From: Eledone cirrhosa
Taxonomy: Eukaryota
Reading direction: 5' to 3'
Length of the DNA stretch: 64,000 nt
NCBI GenBank assembly: GCA_964016885.1
Contig: OZ024742.1
Coordinates: forward strand, 340,814,001-340,878,000
Part shown: positions 30,886-45,963 of the stretch, piece after piece
Layout of the letters: each line of letters begins with the position of its first letter
How positions within the stretch are numbered: the stretch's first letter is position 1
Notes under the pieces: model-generated
Databases searched by the model: none
Told to the model about the DNA's origin: nothing
What the model saw: the letters and a program-made list of their open reading frames with translations, nothing else
Position numbers and translations under genes: made by a program

Positions 30886-31824
30886 TAGTTATAATAAAAG
30901 AAGCTAATTAGTAATGTTAGCATAGCAATAACAATATTGAATTGTACCTTGTAACTCACTGTGTCACGCCGAATCTCCATGAGAACAACGTTAAGTACAC
31001 ACTTGTTGGTGAATTGCTCAGCCACTTACACCATATTAGAAGATAGATTGTACATGTGAATGAAAGGGGTAACCTTGTCACACCCTGTTTCAAGCAGAAA
31101 CTCCCAAAGTTCTAAGTTATGGGTACACGTGTCTGTGGAATTTTCTGTCGCTTACATTATGATACGAAATAGACTGTAATCTCGGGTCCCAAATAATAGG
31201 GAGGCTGGAATAAGTGAGGGTGGGGTTAAAATAAGAGGGAGGGCTGGAATAAGCGGGGTGTGGAATAAGCGTGTGGTGGTGTGGGGTAAAAACCGGTAAC
31301 TTTCTTTAAAACCAGAATTAGTCGTTTAGTTTACATAGTGAGACCCCAACCCATCCTATTTATTTTACAACATATGGGATTTCTAGTAAAGTACTTTTTT
31401 TTTGTCATGTAAAATGTTTTTTAGTATCTAAAATAAAATTTAGCTGAAGATAGATTAGCAAAATGTAATAAGAGGAGGGGATAAGACCGGGGGGCGGGGT
31501 GTGGAAAACAGTCTGAAAATAAGCGGGGGGGGGGGAGTACCTGTTATTCAATGGGATAGCTTTATTAAACACTGCATCACACTGAATTTCCCTCAGAACT
31601 TCATGTGTCAATGGAATGCTCAGGTACATATACTATAAGACAAAATAGAATAAAGGGTTACCTTTGATGCAACACTGTTTCATACTGAATCTCCCTGAGA
31701 ACTGAGTAATGTATACACTCGGAAACAACTTCTCATGTTTAATAAATATATAGGTCTCACGTCAGTTTCGGCGATGAGTACACCAGTTGATCAATTATCT
31801 AAACTACCTATTCATTGATTTTTA

Positions 31825-32034
31825 CAGAGTGGGCCGTATGTCACACACCAAACATTAAAAATAATTTAGTATTCATGTACATTGTTTTGTATTAATAACA
31901 AAATTTATGTTGAATAACAAATGTATCGTTTTTTTTCATCCTGTCATCTGTGATTTTAAGGTACTGAGTGAAGCAAATGGTTGATATTATGCACAAAATC
32001 TCACATTTTTGGTGTCGACTTAAGGCCCACCCTG
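31825..32034. mobile_element. Tc1/mariner-type MITE
   Basis: TA-cagagtgggcc...ggcccaccctg-TA terminal inverted repeats with TA flanks. Confidence 0.75.
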
Positions 32035-32559
32035 TAGTATATGTAGGTTAGTATATCACAGAGACCAGTACCATCTGTGGTTGAGTATTCCAGATAGTTG
32101 TACTCATTAACCTAACTCTGCGGTAGAAATTGCACAACAGCATGACACAGTGTGTGGCACTCGTCTTCGGAACCGTCGAGGATCCAATGCACACACATTC
32201 TTCTTCTTCTTCTTCTTCTTCTTCTTCTTCTTCTTCTTCTTCTTCTTCTTCTTCTTCTTTGCTGTCCTCGAAGTTAACTTAGAAATCGATACTTTTCTAA
32301 ATATTATTCAAGTATTTATTGAAAAACTAATGGTGACAGTTTTACGAGTAAGTTCCCTTATAGATTGCCTGGAGAACGTAACCATGATACATCATGAAGC
32401 TGTCTGGTGAGATCATGACACTGGTTGCTTGAAATCGCGTTGCCACTGTTGTCATTGATATATGTATCGCAGCCTCATCAATAACTTCGCATTTTTCTTA
32501 TATATATACATACACACACACACAAACATATGAGTATCTCTCTCTCTCTCTCTCTCTCT

Positions 32560-32626
<67 letters not shown>

Positions 32627-32657
32627 CTCTTATAATGATATATATATATATGTATAT

Positions 32658-32957
32658 AGTATTAAAAAACGAAAAATCAGTGATGCATCTGGACTCAGTT
32701 TATTACGTGTTACAATTGTTTCGCCGGCAGGTAGCTCGAGACATGATCACTGTATGGATCTGGCTGATACTACGGCTGCAGGTTCCTTCGTGAGAAAATT
32801 TGCTTCGAACGAATTGCCTGTGTCCGAAGGAACCTGCAGCCGTAGAATCAGCCAGATCCATACAGTGATCATGTCCCGAGCTACCTGCCGGCGAAACAAT
32901 TGTAACACGCAATAAACTTAGTCCAGATGCATCACTGATTTTTCGTTTTTTTATACT
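32658..32957. repeat. Long palindrome (~130-bp arms) containing a hammerhead-like motif
   Basis: Arms 32658-32790 and 32825-32957; an inverted copy of 32490-32720 also lies at ~35220-35400. Confidence 0.9.
32819..32909 (+). ncRNA. Hammerhead-like motif, CCGAAGG core variant
   Basis: tgtgt-CCGAAGG-long imperfect stem II-GAAA-CAATTG-TA-acacg. Confidence 0.55.
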
Positions 32958-33078
32958 ATTCACACTCTGCTCTGTATGAATATTGAGTGCTAATTTTGGC
33001 ATACCGCCTATGGAAGCACCATTATACACGCACACACACACACAGACACAGACACACAGACACAGACACACAGACACA

Positions 33079-33200
<122 letters not shown>

Positions 33201-33409
33201 CATTTAGGTTTGATGGTTCACAACTGGATAGAACTGGTCATTCCGTATAGTCAACCGTGCTGTAATATTAGGAAGAGCACTCGACATAATGCAACTCACC
33301 CATCTTGGTTTATGTTGAATCTTGTTGGTGGGGCTAGAACGGAGTTAATTATTATTAAGTAAAATGAGAGTTAGCTGGACTGGTGAAATTCATTAAAAGG
33401 TTTATTATA

Positions 33410-33469
33410 AACACTATGTACATTTCAATGACCGGCTTCTGCAGGAACCCGGTGACATCATCAGTTGTT
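33410..33469 (-). ncRNA. Type I hammerhead ribozyme
   Basis: rc: aacaa-CTGATGA-tgtcaccgg..ccggtcatt-GAAA-TGTACA-TA-gtgtt (one stem I mismatch); 3' half repeated in inverted form at ~34463-34545. Confidence 0.7.
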
Positions 33470-33804
33470 ACGAAATTTATCTAATAAAGGAATATAATAA
33501 TGGTAGACACAATCCAAGAGGCTGAAAAGTAGAGAGAAATGTTTAAGCCCTGAAGGCGGCCAGAAGCAGCAGTTGCCAATTTGGATGACCGCCTACAAGT
33601 GAGCAATCTACTTAATTTCGTCTTCTCTGTCTGGTCTGGGGGCCGTATGCTTATAGTGCACACCACTACCACCGTGCTATGGACACGTGCTAGTGGGGAA
33701 TGAGACCAGGTGACATAGAAGAGAAATTTTTCGTTGGCGTTCGTCAAAAGTACTAAAAAATACTAAAAAATATAGTGGACAGTCAGAACCAGGACCCAAA
33801 AGGA

Positions 33805-34460
33805 TTTAATGTAGAGTTAGAAATTACGATTAAAGATTAGAAATTTAAAATTTAGGTTTAGAATTGAAAGATATAATTTAAAATAAGATTAAAGATTAAA
33901 AATGTAGAATTTAAGTTTAAAATTGAGAGATTTAGTTAAAGAATTTGTAGAAGGAAGCATTTATGTAAAAGTGAAATATATCTTTGATAGTCATAATAAA
34001 GTTTTAGGGTAGAATTTAAAGTTAAGATCAAAGGTTAAAAATGTAAAATTTAAGCTTAAAATTTAAGAGTACTGTTTGGCAGCCAATAACCAGTGACGCG
34101 ACGGATTCTCGGTCCACCCAGGGCCCAAGGGTGCACTAACCGTGCCGAGTATTTTCGTCTACCGAAGAAAAAGAAATTTATTTTTCCAAGCACACCATGA
34201 AGGTTGACACTCTCAGGCGCTGCGGGTGCAAGCGGTAAGGCCGTTACAGCCAGCCGATCATCCAGTGGTGTGAACTTTAATTATATTTAACTTTTACATA
34301 AATGCTTCCTTCTACAAATTCTTTAACTAAATCTCTCAATTTTAAACCTAAATTTTATATTTTTAATCTTTAATCTTACTTTAAATTATATTTTTCAATT
34401 CTAAACCGAAATTTTACATTTCTAATCTTTAATCGTAATTTCAAACTGTACATTAAAACC
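33805..34460. repeat. Inverted repeat (33805-33985 and 34283-34460), AT-rich pLTR-like sequence
   Basis: Arms are reverse complements. Confidence 0.8.
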
Positions 34461-34539
34461 TTGTCATTGAAATGTGCATAGTGTTTATAATAAATCTTTA
34501 AGGTATTTCACCAGTTCAGTCTCCTGTCATTTTACTCAA

Positions 34540-34578
<39 letters not shown>

Positions 34579-34597
34579 ACATTTTCATTTCTATACT

Positions 34598-34650
<53 letters not shown>

Positions 34651-35130
34651 AAAGAAACCAAAGAACGCTTACATACTCAAACAGTCTTTATTCACTAACA
34701 ATGTTTCATCCTCACCTTTGGCAGGAATCATCTGAGCTCAACAAATACCGTGTTGAGTATAAGCTCCACAATAACTTAGTCACATGAACAATCAGAAAAA
34801 ATAATATGGGGATTGGAGATAGCTAACAAAGCGGTTCATGCTTGGGTTATTAAGCATCACTGCAAAATACCAAGGTACAATTGGATTCAACAAGATGAAG
34901 ACACAGTAGATGGCACTCAAAAATGTAGAATGTAAAATTAAAAAGTGTGAAAGCATTAAAAAGTACATAATAAATACATAAAAATGCATTAAAATACATA
35001 AGAAATTCATAAAAAATACATAAAAATATCTAAAAATACATAAAGAAATAGCGGCAAATATATATATATAGTGCAAATTTATACGGGAACAAAACAGAGA
35101 GGCAGACAATAAAGTTTTATTGGGTTCACG

Positions 35131-35222
<92 letters not shown>

Positions 35223-35355
35223 TTTGTGTGTGTGTGTATGTATATATATAAGAAAAATTGTAACACGTAATAAACTGAGTCCAGATGCATCACTGATTTT
35301 TCGTTTTTTAATACTATATACATATATATATATATCATTATAAGAGAGAGAGAGA

Positions 35356-35441
<86 letters not shown>

Positions 35442-35754
35442 AATATATTACGAGGTTAATGATATTCATTTCCGATACTATAAGGTCTTATATTTTTTCA
35501 TAAAATATATCAAGTTGATCAACTTAATCTGAAAATATTGTCTATTATGTCTGAAATGTAATCATCGAACTAGACAAAAGATTATGGAAAGAATACGATT
35601 AAACGAATTTTTTGATATTATCAAACTATTCTCATTACAAACCTTTTCTTTTTTATAAATTCCATTGCATTATTCAGGAATACTGCTTCCTTTTGTCAAA
35701 ATACTAGTAGCAGAACCCAGTCTTACTCGGATATATCTATTTCTTCTTCGACAA

Positions 35755-36065
35755 CTTATTCCTGAGAAGGTCGTGGGGGAAGGGAAGAGCCATCAGTCAC
35801 CCCTTCCAGCGGGTCTGTCAGAAGCAACCGTCTCCAACGGATCCAGCTGGATCTCCAAGCAAGAACAGCCAATCTCATGGATGTTATCCAACCATATTTT
35901 TCGGGTCTCCTGCCGGTTTGTTGGTTTTGCCCGTAAAATTTGTCCAGCGATTCTTTCCTAAGACATTCTAACCACATGCCCATAGTATCGGAACTGTGAT
36001 TTCTCAATTCGGAGAAGTAGCGGCTCTACCTGGACTGACTCCAGATCTTCGAGCTACACCCTCTA
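35755..36065 (-). mobile_element. Short 3' fragment of an RTE-like LINE
   Basis: Frameshifted LGHVVRM..ERI...I....PTGRRP...W.DNI and VASDR..W. Confidence 0.55.
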
Positions 36066-36336
36066 TCGAGACCCTAATACTCGGATATATTGATAGCTAA
36101 AATAAAGACAATCACATCCGCATTCTGTATGTTTTGGTTAAATTGATTTAAACATATAGTCATAATATTCAATCTTTTCAGGAATGTTGAATGGCAAAGA
36201 ATCCAATAATTCATAAAAGGCATCAATTTCGATTTTAGTTGATCCTGTCAACTCCAATACTTATTCTTTCAAGTCTGGTATTTATTTAATCGTTCTCTCG
36301 AAACACGAGGCTACCTACATAAACACACACACACAC

Positions 36337-36472
<136 letters not shown>

Positions 36473-37171
36473 GCGCGCACACACGCACACACGCACGCAC
36501 GCACCCACGCACGCACACACGCACACACGCACACACGCACACACGCACACACGCACACACACACACATATATATATATATATTTATATATATTTATATAT
36601 ATATATATATATATATTTATTTATATATATATATTTATATATATATATATATACATACATGATGATGGCTGCAACTTGATTTCGATTCATGCCATCGCTT
36701 GATACTTAAGCATGAGCATCACGGACATGGCTTCCTAGTTCTGCTAGGGATTCGCCTATGGCCAGGAATGCCTTGCATCGGGAAAAAAATGTCACATATC
36801 AAGCGGAGCCTGTGCTTGAAGCTTTTTTAAATGAGGAAAGGCTTTGCACGAAGCCAGTCCCACTCTCTGAACATGGAATGTATTTGCCCCCAAATAAGAA
36901 CTGGTCTAATCATTGGATGCAAACAAAGTTGCAGGTTTTATATCAGAGTGACTTTTTCCTAGAGAAATGGGTTTTGTTTTTCATCCCGCAGGGTGTTGAA
37001 AATAACTCTCCTCATCATGCAAGCAAGTTTGGTGGCGTTGCTGGTTTAGCACAGGTTGTACTGGGTTACATGTTACCAGTAGCGCTGAAGGGCGACCTGA
37101 CACTACATACATATGTACGTTTGAATGTGTTTGTGCGTGTATATAAAACACTTACACATATATTATATATA

Positions 37172-37420
37172 TGTGAAGGCGAATGGCTTAGTGGTTAGAG
37201 CGTTGAGCTTGCAAACATGAGGCTGGGAGTTCGATTCTCGGACCGGATAATGCGCTGTGTCTTTGAGCAAGACACTTTATTTCGGGTTGCTCCAGTTTAC
37301 TCAGCTGTAGAAACAAGTTGGGATATCACTAGTGCCAAGTTATATCGGCCATTGTCTTTCTCTTGGACAACATTGGTGACTTAGAGAGGGGAGACTGGTA
37401 TGCATGGACGACTGCTGGTT
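37172..37420 (+). mobile_element. tRNA-derived CORE-like SINE, family B
   Basis: A-box tggcttagtgg, B-box gagttcgattc, ctttgagcaagacacttta. Confidence 0.75.
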
Positions 37421-37429
37421 ATATATATA

Positions 37430-37616
37430 TATCAGACTCGGTTTGGATACTCCTGTCGCCCGTCATTTCTGTTCATTCTTCCCTACATTTTTCAGACCTG
37501 GGTGTCCTTTACATAATGGATCACAGGCCTTGCGCACCAGGACTGAACAAAGTCTGATTCACCGCCTTGGGTCCTATTCCCCTCTTGGACTCAACTCACC
37601 TCCCCAATTTCTCTAA
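37430..37616 (+). pseudogene. PLE GIY-YIG C-terminal fragment
   Basis: PVARHF...RTRTEQSLIHRLGSYSPLGLN. Confidence 0.65.
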
Positions 37617-37699
37617 TACCCCGTCCATTATCAGACCCCTAGATTCTTATCGCTTTCTCTTGATTATTAACATCTTCTCTTACAAGTAATACAGGCTGA

Positions 37700-39700
37700 C
37701 TATATATGTCCACACCTATAGAAACAACAAATCTAGGACTAAACATAGAAATTAGCAACAAGCACCAGAAATAATTGAACCGAATACTAATATAAGGACC
37801 ACTAGAAACTATAGAAGATGCAGAGATAGAAAATACTTATGGTTCAATCCAATATTTAACTCCTCTATAACTACCTTCTACTTTCTTTAAATTAATTGAC
37901 AAGCACTTCCCTAAACTTCACAAATACCATAAAATCTTTAATAGAAATACTATCAAACTATCATACTTTACTGCCACCAACATAGAATCGCACATACATA
38001 AAATTAACTATAAAAGAATTTCTAAAACAAGTAACCCGCAAACAAGTGCCATAACACCAAATATAAAACACAAACACATAACAACATCACAACCAAACAC
38101 ACGTCAGAACAAATCACAACAATACATCAACAACCCACTTCTCAGCCCATACACAACAACATACCGTATCGCAGAACCGGCACATAGGAAAGCATCAAAA
38201 TGTAACTGTCATTTACCTGATAAATGCCCATTAAAAAATAGATGCCTGGAGTCAAATATAGTGTACCTATGTACTATAAATTCAGGCAACTTAGCATGGT
38301 AATACATAGGTTCGACGACGGGGGAGTTCAAGAAAAGGTGGTATGTCCACAGACACTCTATAAATAACCGTAAACTTATGAATACAACGACGCTCGCCAA
38401 TAAAATTTGGCAGCTCAAAGATACAAACCAGGAATACAGAATTAGCAATGGCATGTCCCATTGTAGACTTTGCAATATGGAATTATTCCATATTTTAAAA
38501 TATGACAAAATGCTGTTTAACAGCTAAATTGAACGAACAATTTTCTGTAGGCATAAAACGGCGAGCTAATTCGATAATTTCAGACCAGCTTATTCATCCC
38601 ATCTATCCCATAATTCAAATTGTACCACCTGAATCTATAATAATAATAATTATTATTATATTTATTATCATTATTATTATTGTCACCAACTGTCAATGAA
38701 CCAATATCATAACCTCTTATATTTTCTCTCTTTCATTTTCTATATTTCTATTTCTTTCCCTAAATTTATTTCATCTCTTACATTATATCTTATCGTATTA
38801 TTTTCACTTCTACCATAACTTACAATTAATAATTAATTAATTAATTAATTATTTATTTAATTAATTTATTAATTTAACTAATACATATATGAATATATTT
38901 AACATTTTCATGTTTATACCATCATATCTCTATTTTAACAATCAACACCACAACTACTCTCAATAATCATACAATGTTTACTTTTCTTCGCACACATATT
39001 AAATTTTTTTAATTTATTTTTTATCATCCTCGTTATAAATTATTTATTAACATTTATTCATTTATTATTATTTTCTTTATTATTTTTCTCTGTATTTTTC
39101 TTTTTCTTTATCTTTTATCTTTTTTCTTCATCCTTTTCTCTTCTTTCTTTTTTCTCTCTATCTGTTTTCTCTATATCTTTTTCTTTTTTCTTTTTCTCTC
39201 TTTTTTTCTCTCTCTTTCTTTATTAATTGTTTCTACTTTAGGCAAAAGGCCATCAAATACCCAGTACATTACTGGTACTTTATTTTATCGACCCCGTAAG
39301 GATGAAAGGCAAAGTTAACCTTGGCGGGATTTGAAGTCAGACCGTAAAGGGACGTAACTATGCTAGAAAGCATGGCGTCCAACCCTCTACCGATACTGCC
39401 AATTCACCGCCTTTCTCTCTTTCTTTATTAATGATGTAATTTGAATTCGTAAACGCTGAGTGTATTTTTAATAGTCCTTTCTGATAATCTGGTTAAGCTG
39501 ACAACGTATTTAAAATTGGGTAGCACAGCTTCAATTGTTCAGCAATTTTTAGACAACTTAATCAGTGAAAGAATTGTTAATACTGTAAATAAAACCCTTT
39601 TTTGTACAGTTGACCATGTTATTCTTCACTCTTTCAATATTATTACTCCAAAATTAACTTACATAGGAATTCAATAGAACTCACAAACTCGCCACCTACG
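37700..39700 (+). mobile_element. Degenerate Neptune-like PLE 3' portion
   Basis: WFNP, IDKHFPK.HKYHKIFNRNTIKLSY, CNC....KCPLKNRCLESNIVY.C, YIGSTTGEFKKRWY.H; interrupted by a SINE. Confidence 0.8.
39227..39412 (-). mobile_element. SINE family A, full length
   Basis: Matches 17762, 43960 and 45780. Confidence 0.85.
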
Positions 39701-39801
39701 GAATCCTCTTTTTGAGTCAAACAACGCCGTACGCTAAAACTATCCACATACGGAGTATTCACAACCTCTAACTGGATTACCCATAACGATATTTTGTTAT
39801 C

Positions 39802-39914
<113 letters not shown>

Positions 39915-39928
39915 TTTTAATATAGATG

Positions 39929-39979
39929 AGATTCTACAGGACTAGAACTGTTTCATTCTTTAGAAATCATCAGGAATCT
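39929..39979 (-). ncRNA. Canonical type I hammerhead ribozyme
   Basis: rc: agattc-CTGATGA-tttctaaagaat-GAAA-cag ttctagtc ctg-TA-gaatct. Confidence 0.88.
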
Positions 39980-40464
39980 GGGTATCCAAAAATAAAAGTG
40001 GTATATATAGCTCTTTTCAGGTGCTAGGAGAGGGTGGGGAGTGGGATGGGTAGAGGTCATTGGTTGATAGAAAAGGGAATTCATTAAAAGCTAATTCTTT
40101 AAAGCTATAATTTATATTCAGAGTGACAAAGGCAGAAAGAATTCTATAAACAAGTTCAGATTGGGGTGCCACTCCTTATTTTTAAGTTTCTCTTAAGCTA
40201 ACAATGCCTATATTTCAGGTGTCTATAAGATCGTTGGGGGTCGGTCATGGTTGAAGCATTTAAAGAAAAGGGAAATTCTTTAAAAGCTAATTCTTTAAAG
40301 CTCTACATAGAGTGACAAAGGCCAAAAGAATTCTATAGACCAGTTCAAAATATTGGGTGCCTATCATATCATTATCTTCAAATTTCTCTTAAGCTATATT
40401 CCAGGTGTCAACAGACACATTCACACACACACACACACCCACACACACGCACCCCCACACACAC

Positions 40465-40508
<44 letters not shown>

Positions 40509-40513
<5 letters not shown>

Positions 40514-40690
40514 TTAGTTAAGCAAAAGAAGACCACAAATTTCACAAGGAAGACATTATTAAAAGATTGTCAACATATTTTAGTTTGATGTAAGGAATGT
40601 AGAAAATAATAATAATAATATGTTGACAATCTTTTAATAATGTCTTCCTTGTGAAATTTGTGGTCTTCTTTTGCTTAGCTAATGAATATT
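40509..40690. repeat. Inverted repeat, ~70-bp arms
   Basis: 40509-40580 versus 40618-40690. Confidence 0.9.
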
Positions 40691-40876
40691 TCCACCTCTG
40701 CGCGCCTAACTTCTGCATGAACCCATCCACCTAGCTGCATTCTACTGCATATTGCACATTGAGGACATGCCTTTACGCTTTGGCTTCTAACTAATTCACC
40801 AATCTCTCCTCTCCTATCTCCTCTCCTATCTCCTCTCATATCTCCATCTCTCTCTTTAAGATTGGTTACTCTTGAA

Positions 40877-41277
<401 letters not shown>

Positions 41278-41354
41278 TACACATATAGATACATATACAC
41301 ATACATATATACATACATACACACATATACAAATATATACATATATACATATAT

Positions 41355-41395
<41 letters not shown>

Positions 41396-41746
41396 AATCA
41401 TCATCACCAATATCATCATGATGACGATGGTATGGGTGATGATGATGATGATGATGGTCATGATGATGATGATGAGTATGATGATGATGGTGATGATGAT
41501 GATGGTCATGATGATGATGATGATGACGATATTGGTGATGATCATGTCAATATCGTGCGTTATACCATAACAACCACCATTGCTGTTACACTTTATTTCT
41601 GACGTCTGCTATTCGGGAGATGACGAGACTGACGGTGAAATATACAAGATGGCCGATTTATTTCGATGTAATATAATTCTTCCGGAAATGTGTAGAACAT
41701 TTATTTCCGGCTACAGAAATAGACCACTTGACTGATATGTAGTTTG

Positions 41747-42057
<311 letters not shown>

Positions 42058-42414
42058 ATATATATATATATGTGTGTGTGTATATATATATATATATATG
42101 TGTGTGTGCATATATATATATATATGCATATATATGTATATATATATATATGTATATGTATGTGTATATATATATATATATATATACACACTGGCATATG
42201 GTCGGACCTTACTTGTGTCCCTGTGTGTATTAATTATATGTAGGAACACATACGTTTATTAGTATTCTCCCCAATGGTAGAGACACCTTTGGTTGTTTGA
42301 ATGGACACGGTACCATGGCACAGGGTACCATGACAAAACTGCTTTATTATTCATTTCCTCTCATTCGGAGGCAGTTTGGAATGGCGCCAGTTTGTAATTT
42401 CAACTCGGGAATTC

Positions 42415-43549
42415 GCACACACACCTACAGACCCTTCCATAAGCTAAACGAAAAACTCAATTACATTCGCAAGGACTCGTGCCACCTTCCCACTGTTTTT
42501 AGAAACTTCGTAAATAATATCAGTACTAGATCTCAAACCTCTCCTCTAATAAGGCTATCTTTGACAGGGCGGCACCCTACTATAACACGGCGTTAGCTAA
42601 GAGCAGCTTCTCGCAACGTATCACTTACTCTCCCACTATCAACAACAGCAATAAGAAAAGAAAGCGTAACAATAGACAAACTATCTGGTTCTCTCCTCCC
42701 TTCTCACTCAACGTTAAAACCAATGTAGGCAAAACATTTCTAGCCCTCTTAGATAGACACTTTCCCATAGGTCATAAATACCGCTCCATCTTTAACCGAC
42801 ACAAAGTAAAACTAGGATACTCCTGCGCTAAGAACATGAAGATCCACATTACCAACAGCCCTAAGAGCAATACCCCACCAGGGTGCTCTTGCCGTAAGCC
42901 CGAAGCTTGTCCCCTTCAACAGCAATGCAACACACCCGCTGTAGTTTATGAAGCTGTGGTCACTTCCAACCGACCAAATCAACCACAGGATGTCAAATCC
43001 TATGTGGGTATAGCGGAGGGCCGATTTAAGGAACGTTTCCTGAACCACCAGTCGACCTTTAGGTGCCTGGACAGACGTTCATCTACGAAACTCGCGATCC
43101 ACGTATGGTCCTTCAAGGACTCAAGTATAGACTACTCCATTCAATGGAAAGCCATTACTAAGTCCATGCCATAACAACGGGCAATCCCTCGTGATGAACG
43201 AATAAATATTCTGATTACGCAATAGTGATTGCCTAAACACGAGAAATGATTTCTTCACACGCTGTCCACACGTCTGGAAACACCTCTTACATAACTACAA
43301 AGCTCCGGATTGAATTACAACAACATCCTAATTTTCTTATGAACTAGAAACTTTCGGACTTCCGCAGTTATCTCCCTTACACCTCTCGCACGCAATTTAG
43401 TATTGCCTGTGTGAAGTGATCGTTTCTGCGCATGCGCGTTCGTACGGTTGTCCTTCCTGTTCCGTATAACCATGTCCATTACGAGCTGAGGATCCGCTAA
43501 GGTGAAACAACTGTTCTCGGTATGGTGAACTAACTGTTGTGTAACCACT

Positions 43550-43550
<1 letters not shown>
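42415..43550 (+). mobile_element. Neptune-like PLE 3' fragment with terminal HHR
   Basis: YRPFHK.NE...YI.K.S.H.P, IWFSPPFS.NVKTNVGK.FL, CSCRKPEACPLQQQC, YVGIAEGRFKERFLNH. Confidence 0.88.
43476..43525 (+). ncRNA. Minimal type I hammerhead
   Basis: ccattacgag-CTGAGGA-tcc gctaa ggt-GAAA-CAACTG-TT-ctcggtatgg. Confidence 0.7.
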
Positions 43551-43643
<93 letters not shown>

Positions 43644-43959
43644 TATATATATAATATATGTATAGATAGAGATAGATAGAAGCACACGCATACATATATA
43701 TGTGTATGCGCCTGGGTGTGCATGCGTATGCGTAGGTGTATGTGTGTATTTGCTTGTGTGTGTGTGTGGCTCAGTTTCGATATAAGTTGTGTTTATTATA
43801 GTTTAAAATATATAGGGCGGTGAATTGGCAGTATCGGTAGAGGGTCTGACGCCATGCTTTGCAGCAAAGAGTTACGGCCCTTTATGATCTGAGTTCATCG
43901 TCATCATAATCATAATCATCATTATCATAATCATCATGATTATTACTATTATTATACAA

Positions 43960-44148
43960 GGGCGGTGAATTGGCAGTATCTGTAGAGGGTTGGACGACAT
44001 GCTTTCTAGCATAGTCTGTCCCTTTACGGTCTGATTTCAAATCCCGTCGAGGTTAACTTTTCCTTTCATCCTTACAGGGTCGATAAAATAAAGTACCAGT
44101 AATACACTGGGATAATTGCTGGCCTTGTGCCAAAAGTAGAAACAATTA
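43960..44148 (+). mobile_element. SINE family A, full length (5' partial copy at 43815-43897)
   Basis: ggcggtgaattggcagtatc...tttcaaatcccgtcgaggttaactt...gtcgataaaataaagtaccag. Confidence 0.85.
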
Positions 44149-44724
44149 TAGTTTAAAATATATGAATAGAAGAGAAAAATGAGAAATTTAGAAGAGTGTG
44201 TTGTACCTATATCGTTTCAGCCGATACATGTTCCAGATTCGAACAACGAAACACCCTGCTCTTGTAAATAACGTGCAAGTGGCTGAGCATTCTACAGACA
44301 CGTGCATTCTTAACGCAGTTCTTATGTATATTCAGCACGACACAGTGTGTGACGTGGCTTGACTGTGAACAAGAGCACAATTTGTTTTTCCAGTTGAGTT
44401 GACTGAAACAACGTGACATATAGTTTCTTGGTCAGAGTGAACTAACTGTTGTGTAACCACTCATGAAATTAAGATCGTGAATTGAACATTATTACCGCTA
44501 CGTCACACTCCATCACATTAAATGTGTATTTATGTATGGCCACTTAACTCCTAAGGAAGTCGTAGGGGCGCCATATCGACATATGGCGTTTCTAGCGTAT
44601 TCTTTTAAAACCTGATGGAGCCTATCGCCTCCCCAGGTCTGAATACAGCAGATTTCTTCCAAAGAATGATAGAGAGTAAGAGAGAGGAAATGAGAAAGAG
44701 ATATAGAGGAAGAATCGACTCCAG

Positions 44725-45550
44725 TACTAGAGTGGTACTTTTTTATCGACCTTAAATGGATAAAAGGCAAAGTTGGCCTCAGTGGGATTTGAACCGAGAG
44801 AGCATTGAGTCGGACTGAATACCACAAATGATTCTATCTGACGTTCTAACGCCTCACATTAAAAGTAGCTGCAATATAATTAACAAAGAAAGAGATGGAT
44901 TTACGGAAGCATTAGAGAGGCTGACGAAATAGTTTGTGGTATTTGTTCCTGTTCCTTTAACTCGGGATTCAAATACTGCCATGTTTAACTTTGCTTTTCT
45001 CCATTTTAGGGCTAGTTTAATTAAAAACCATTTGGGGTGGGGTTAGAGAGGAGGGTTGGAAATTGTGTCTCTTTATTTATAGTTTGGAATATGGGAAGAG
45101 ATAAGGTTTGCGGATTGACGGGATTAGTAGAGAGTCGGATAAAATGGTAGTGAAGGCTTTGTTCTCGCTATTTACATTCTGAGTTCAATTCCTGACGGGG
45201 TCAACTTTCCTTACATCCTTCCGTGGACGATAAAATAAAATACCAGTCGGATTCTGTGGTTAGATTAATCAACTTTTTCCTTCCCTCAATTTTCTCGGCC
45301 TAACTTAGAAATCAATAATAGAAGAGAAAATATAATCAGGCAATCAGAGGTAATGAATACGAAAAGAAGTAGAAAAAGGTGAATTGTCGGGATACTTGAA
45401 TTGTAAGTTCTAATCTCGGCGATGTCACCTTTATCTTTCATCTTTCCGAGGTCGAGAGAGTCAATATATTTTAAATGAAGAGCAGCGGTTTAGCAGAATT
45501 GTTAGAATATCGATATTTGCTTTGTTGGTTTGTTACGTTCTGTATTCAAA
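44725..45550. mobile_element. Cluster of old diverged SINE-A-related fragments
   Basis: Repeated gagttcaa(a)ttcc..gtcaacttt..catcc..gataaaataa-like motifs. Confidence 0.55.
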
Positions 45551-45779
45551 TCGTAGCGTGGCGTATTGGTGGGGCTGACTTTAACCAGTTGTCTAGTTAG
45601 ACACTACCACCCAGCCCCTTTGGCACAGTCAACTCTGTTGCAAGCATTCGAACTAGGTCTTCAGTAGGAGGGTGACTTTCTACCTCCCTCTAAACTTCGT
45701 GGTTCTGAAAGTGTTCATGGGCACTGTTCTACTTCCTCACTAATAGACAAAATACAATCTGAAACACATTATTTTGGAT

Positions 45780-45963
45780 ATAATTGTTTTTACTTTTGGC
45801 ACAAGGCCAACAATTATCCCAGTGCATTACTGGTACTTTATTTTATCGACCTCGTAAGGATTAAAGGCAAAGTTAATCTCGGTGGGATTTGAACTCAGAC
45901 CGTAAAGGGACATAACTCTATGCTGGAAAGCATGGCGTCCCGACCCTCTACCGATACTGCCAA
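45780..45963 (-). mobile_element. SINE family A
   Basis: Matches 17762-17942. Confidence 0.85.

Noticed and set aside
31180-31560. Possible MITE with repeated ggaataagcgggg motifs
   Set aside because: The second terminal repeat and TSD could not be identified convincingly.
34693-34740. Minus-strand CAGATGA-ttcct..aggat-GAAACATTGTT
   Set aside because: Core substitution and only a 3-bp stem I; a decayed candidate at best.
37172-37250. tRNA-like A and B boxes here and in other SINE heads
   Set aside because: No complete cloverleaf; these are SINE promoters, not tRNA genes.
39478-39585. HHR-like CTGATAA...GAAAGAATTGTT at a PLE 3' end
   Set aside because: C3-A8 mismatch, broken stem III and no stem I; probably a decayed HHR and not counted as intact.
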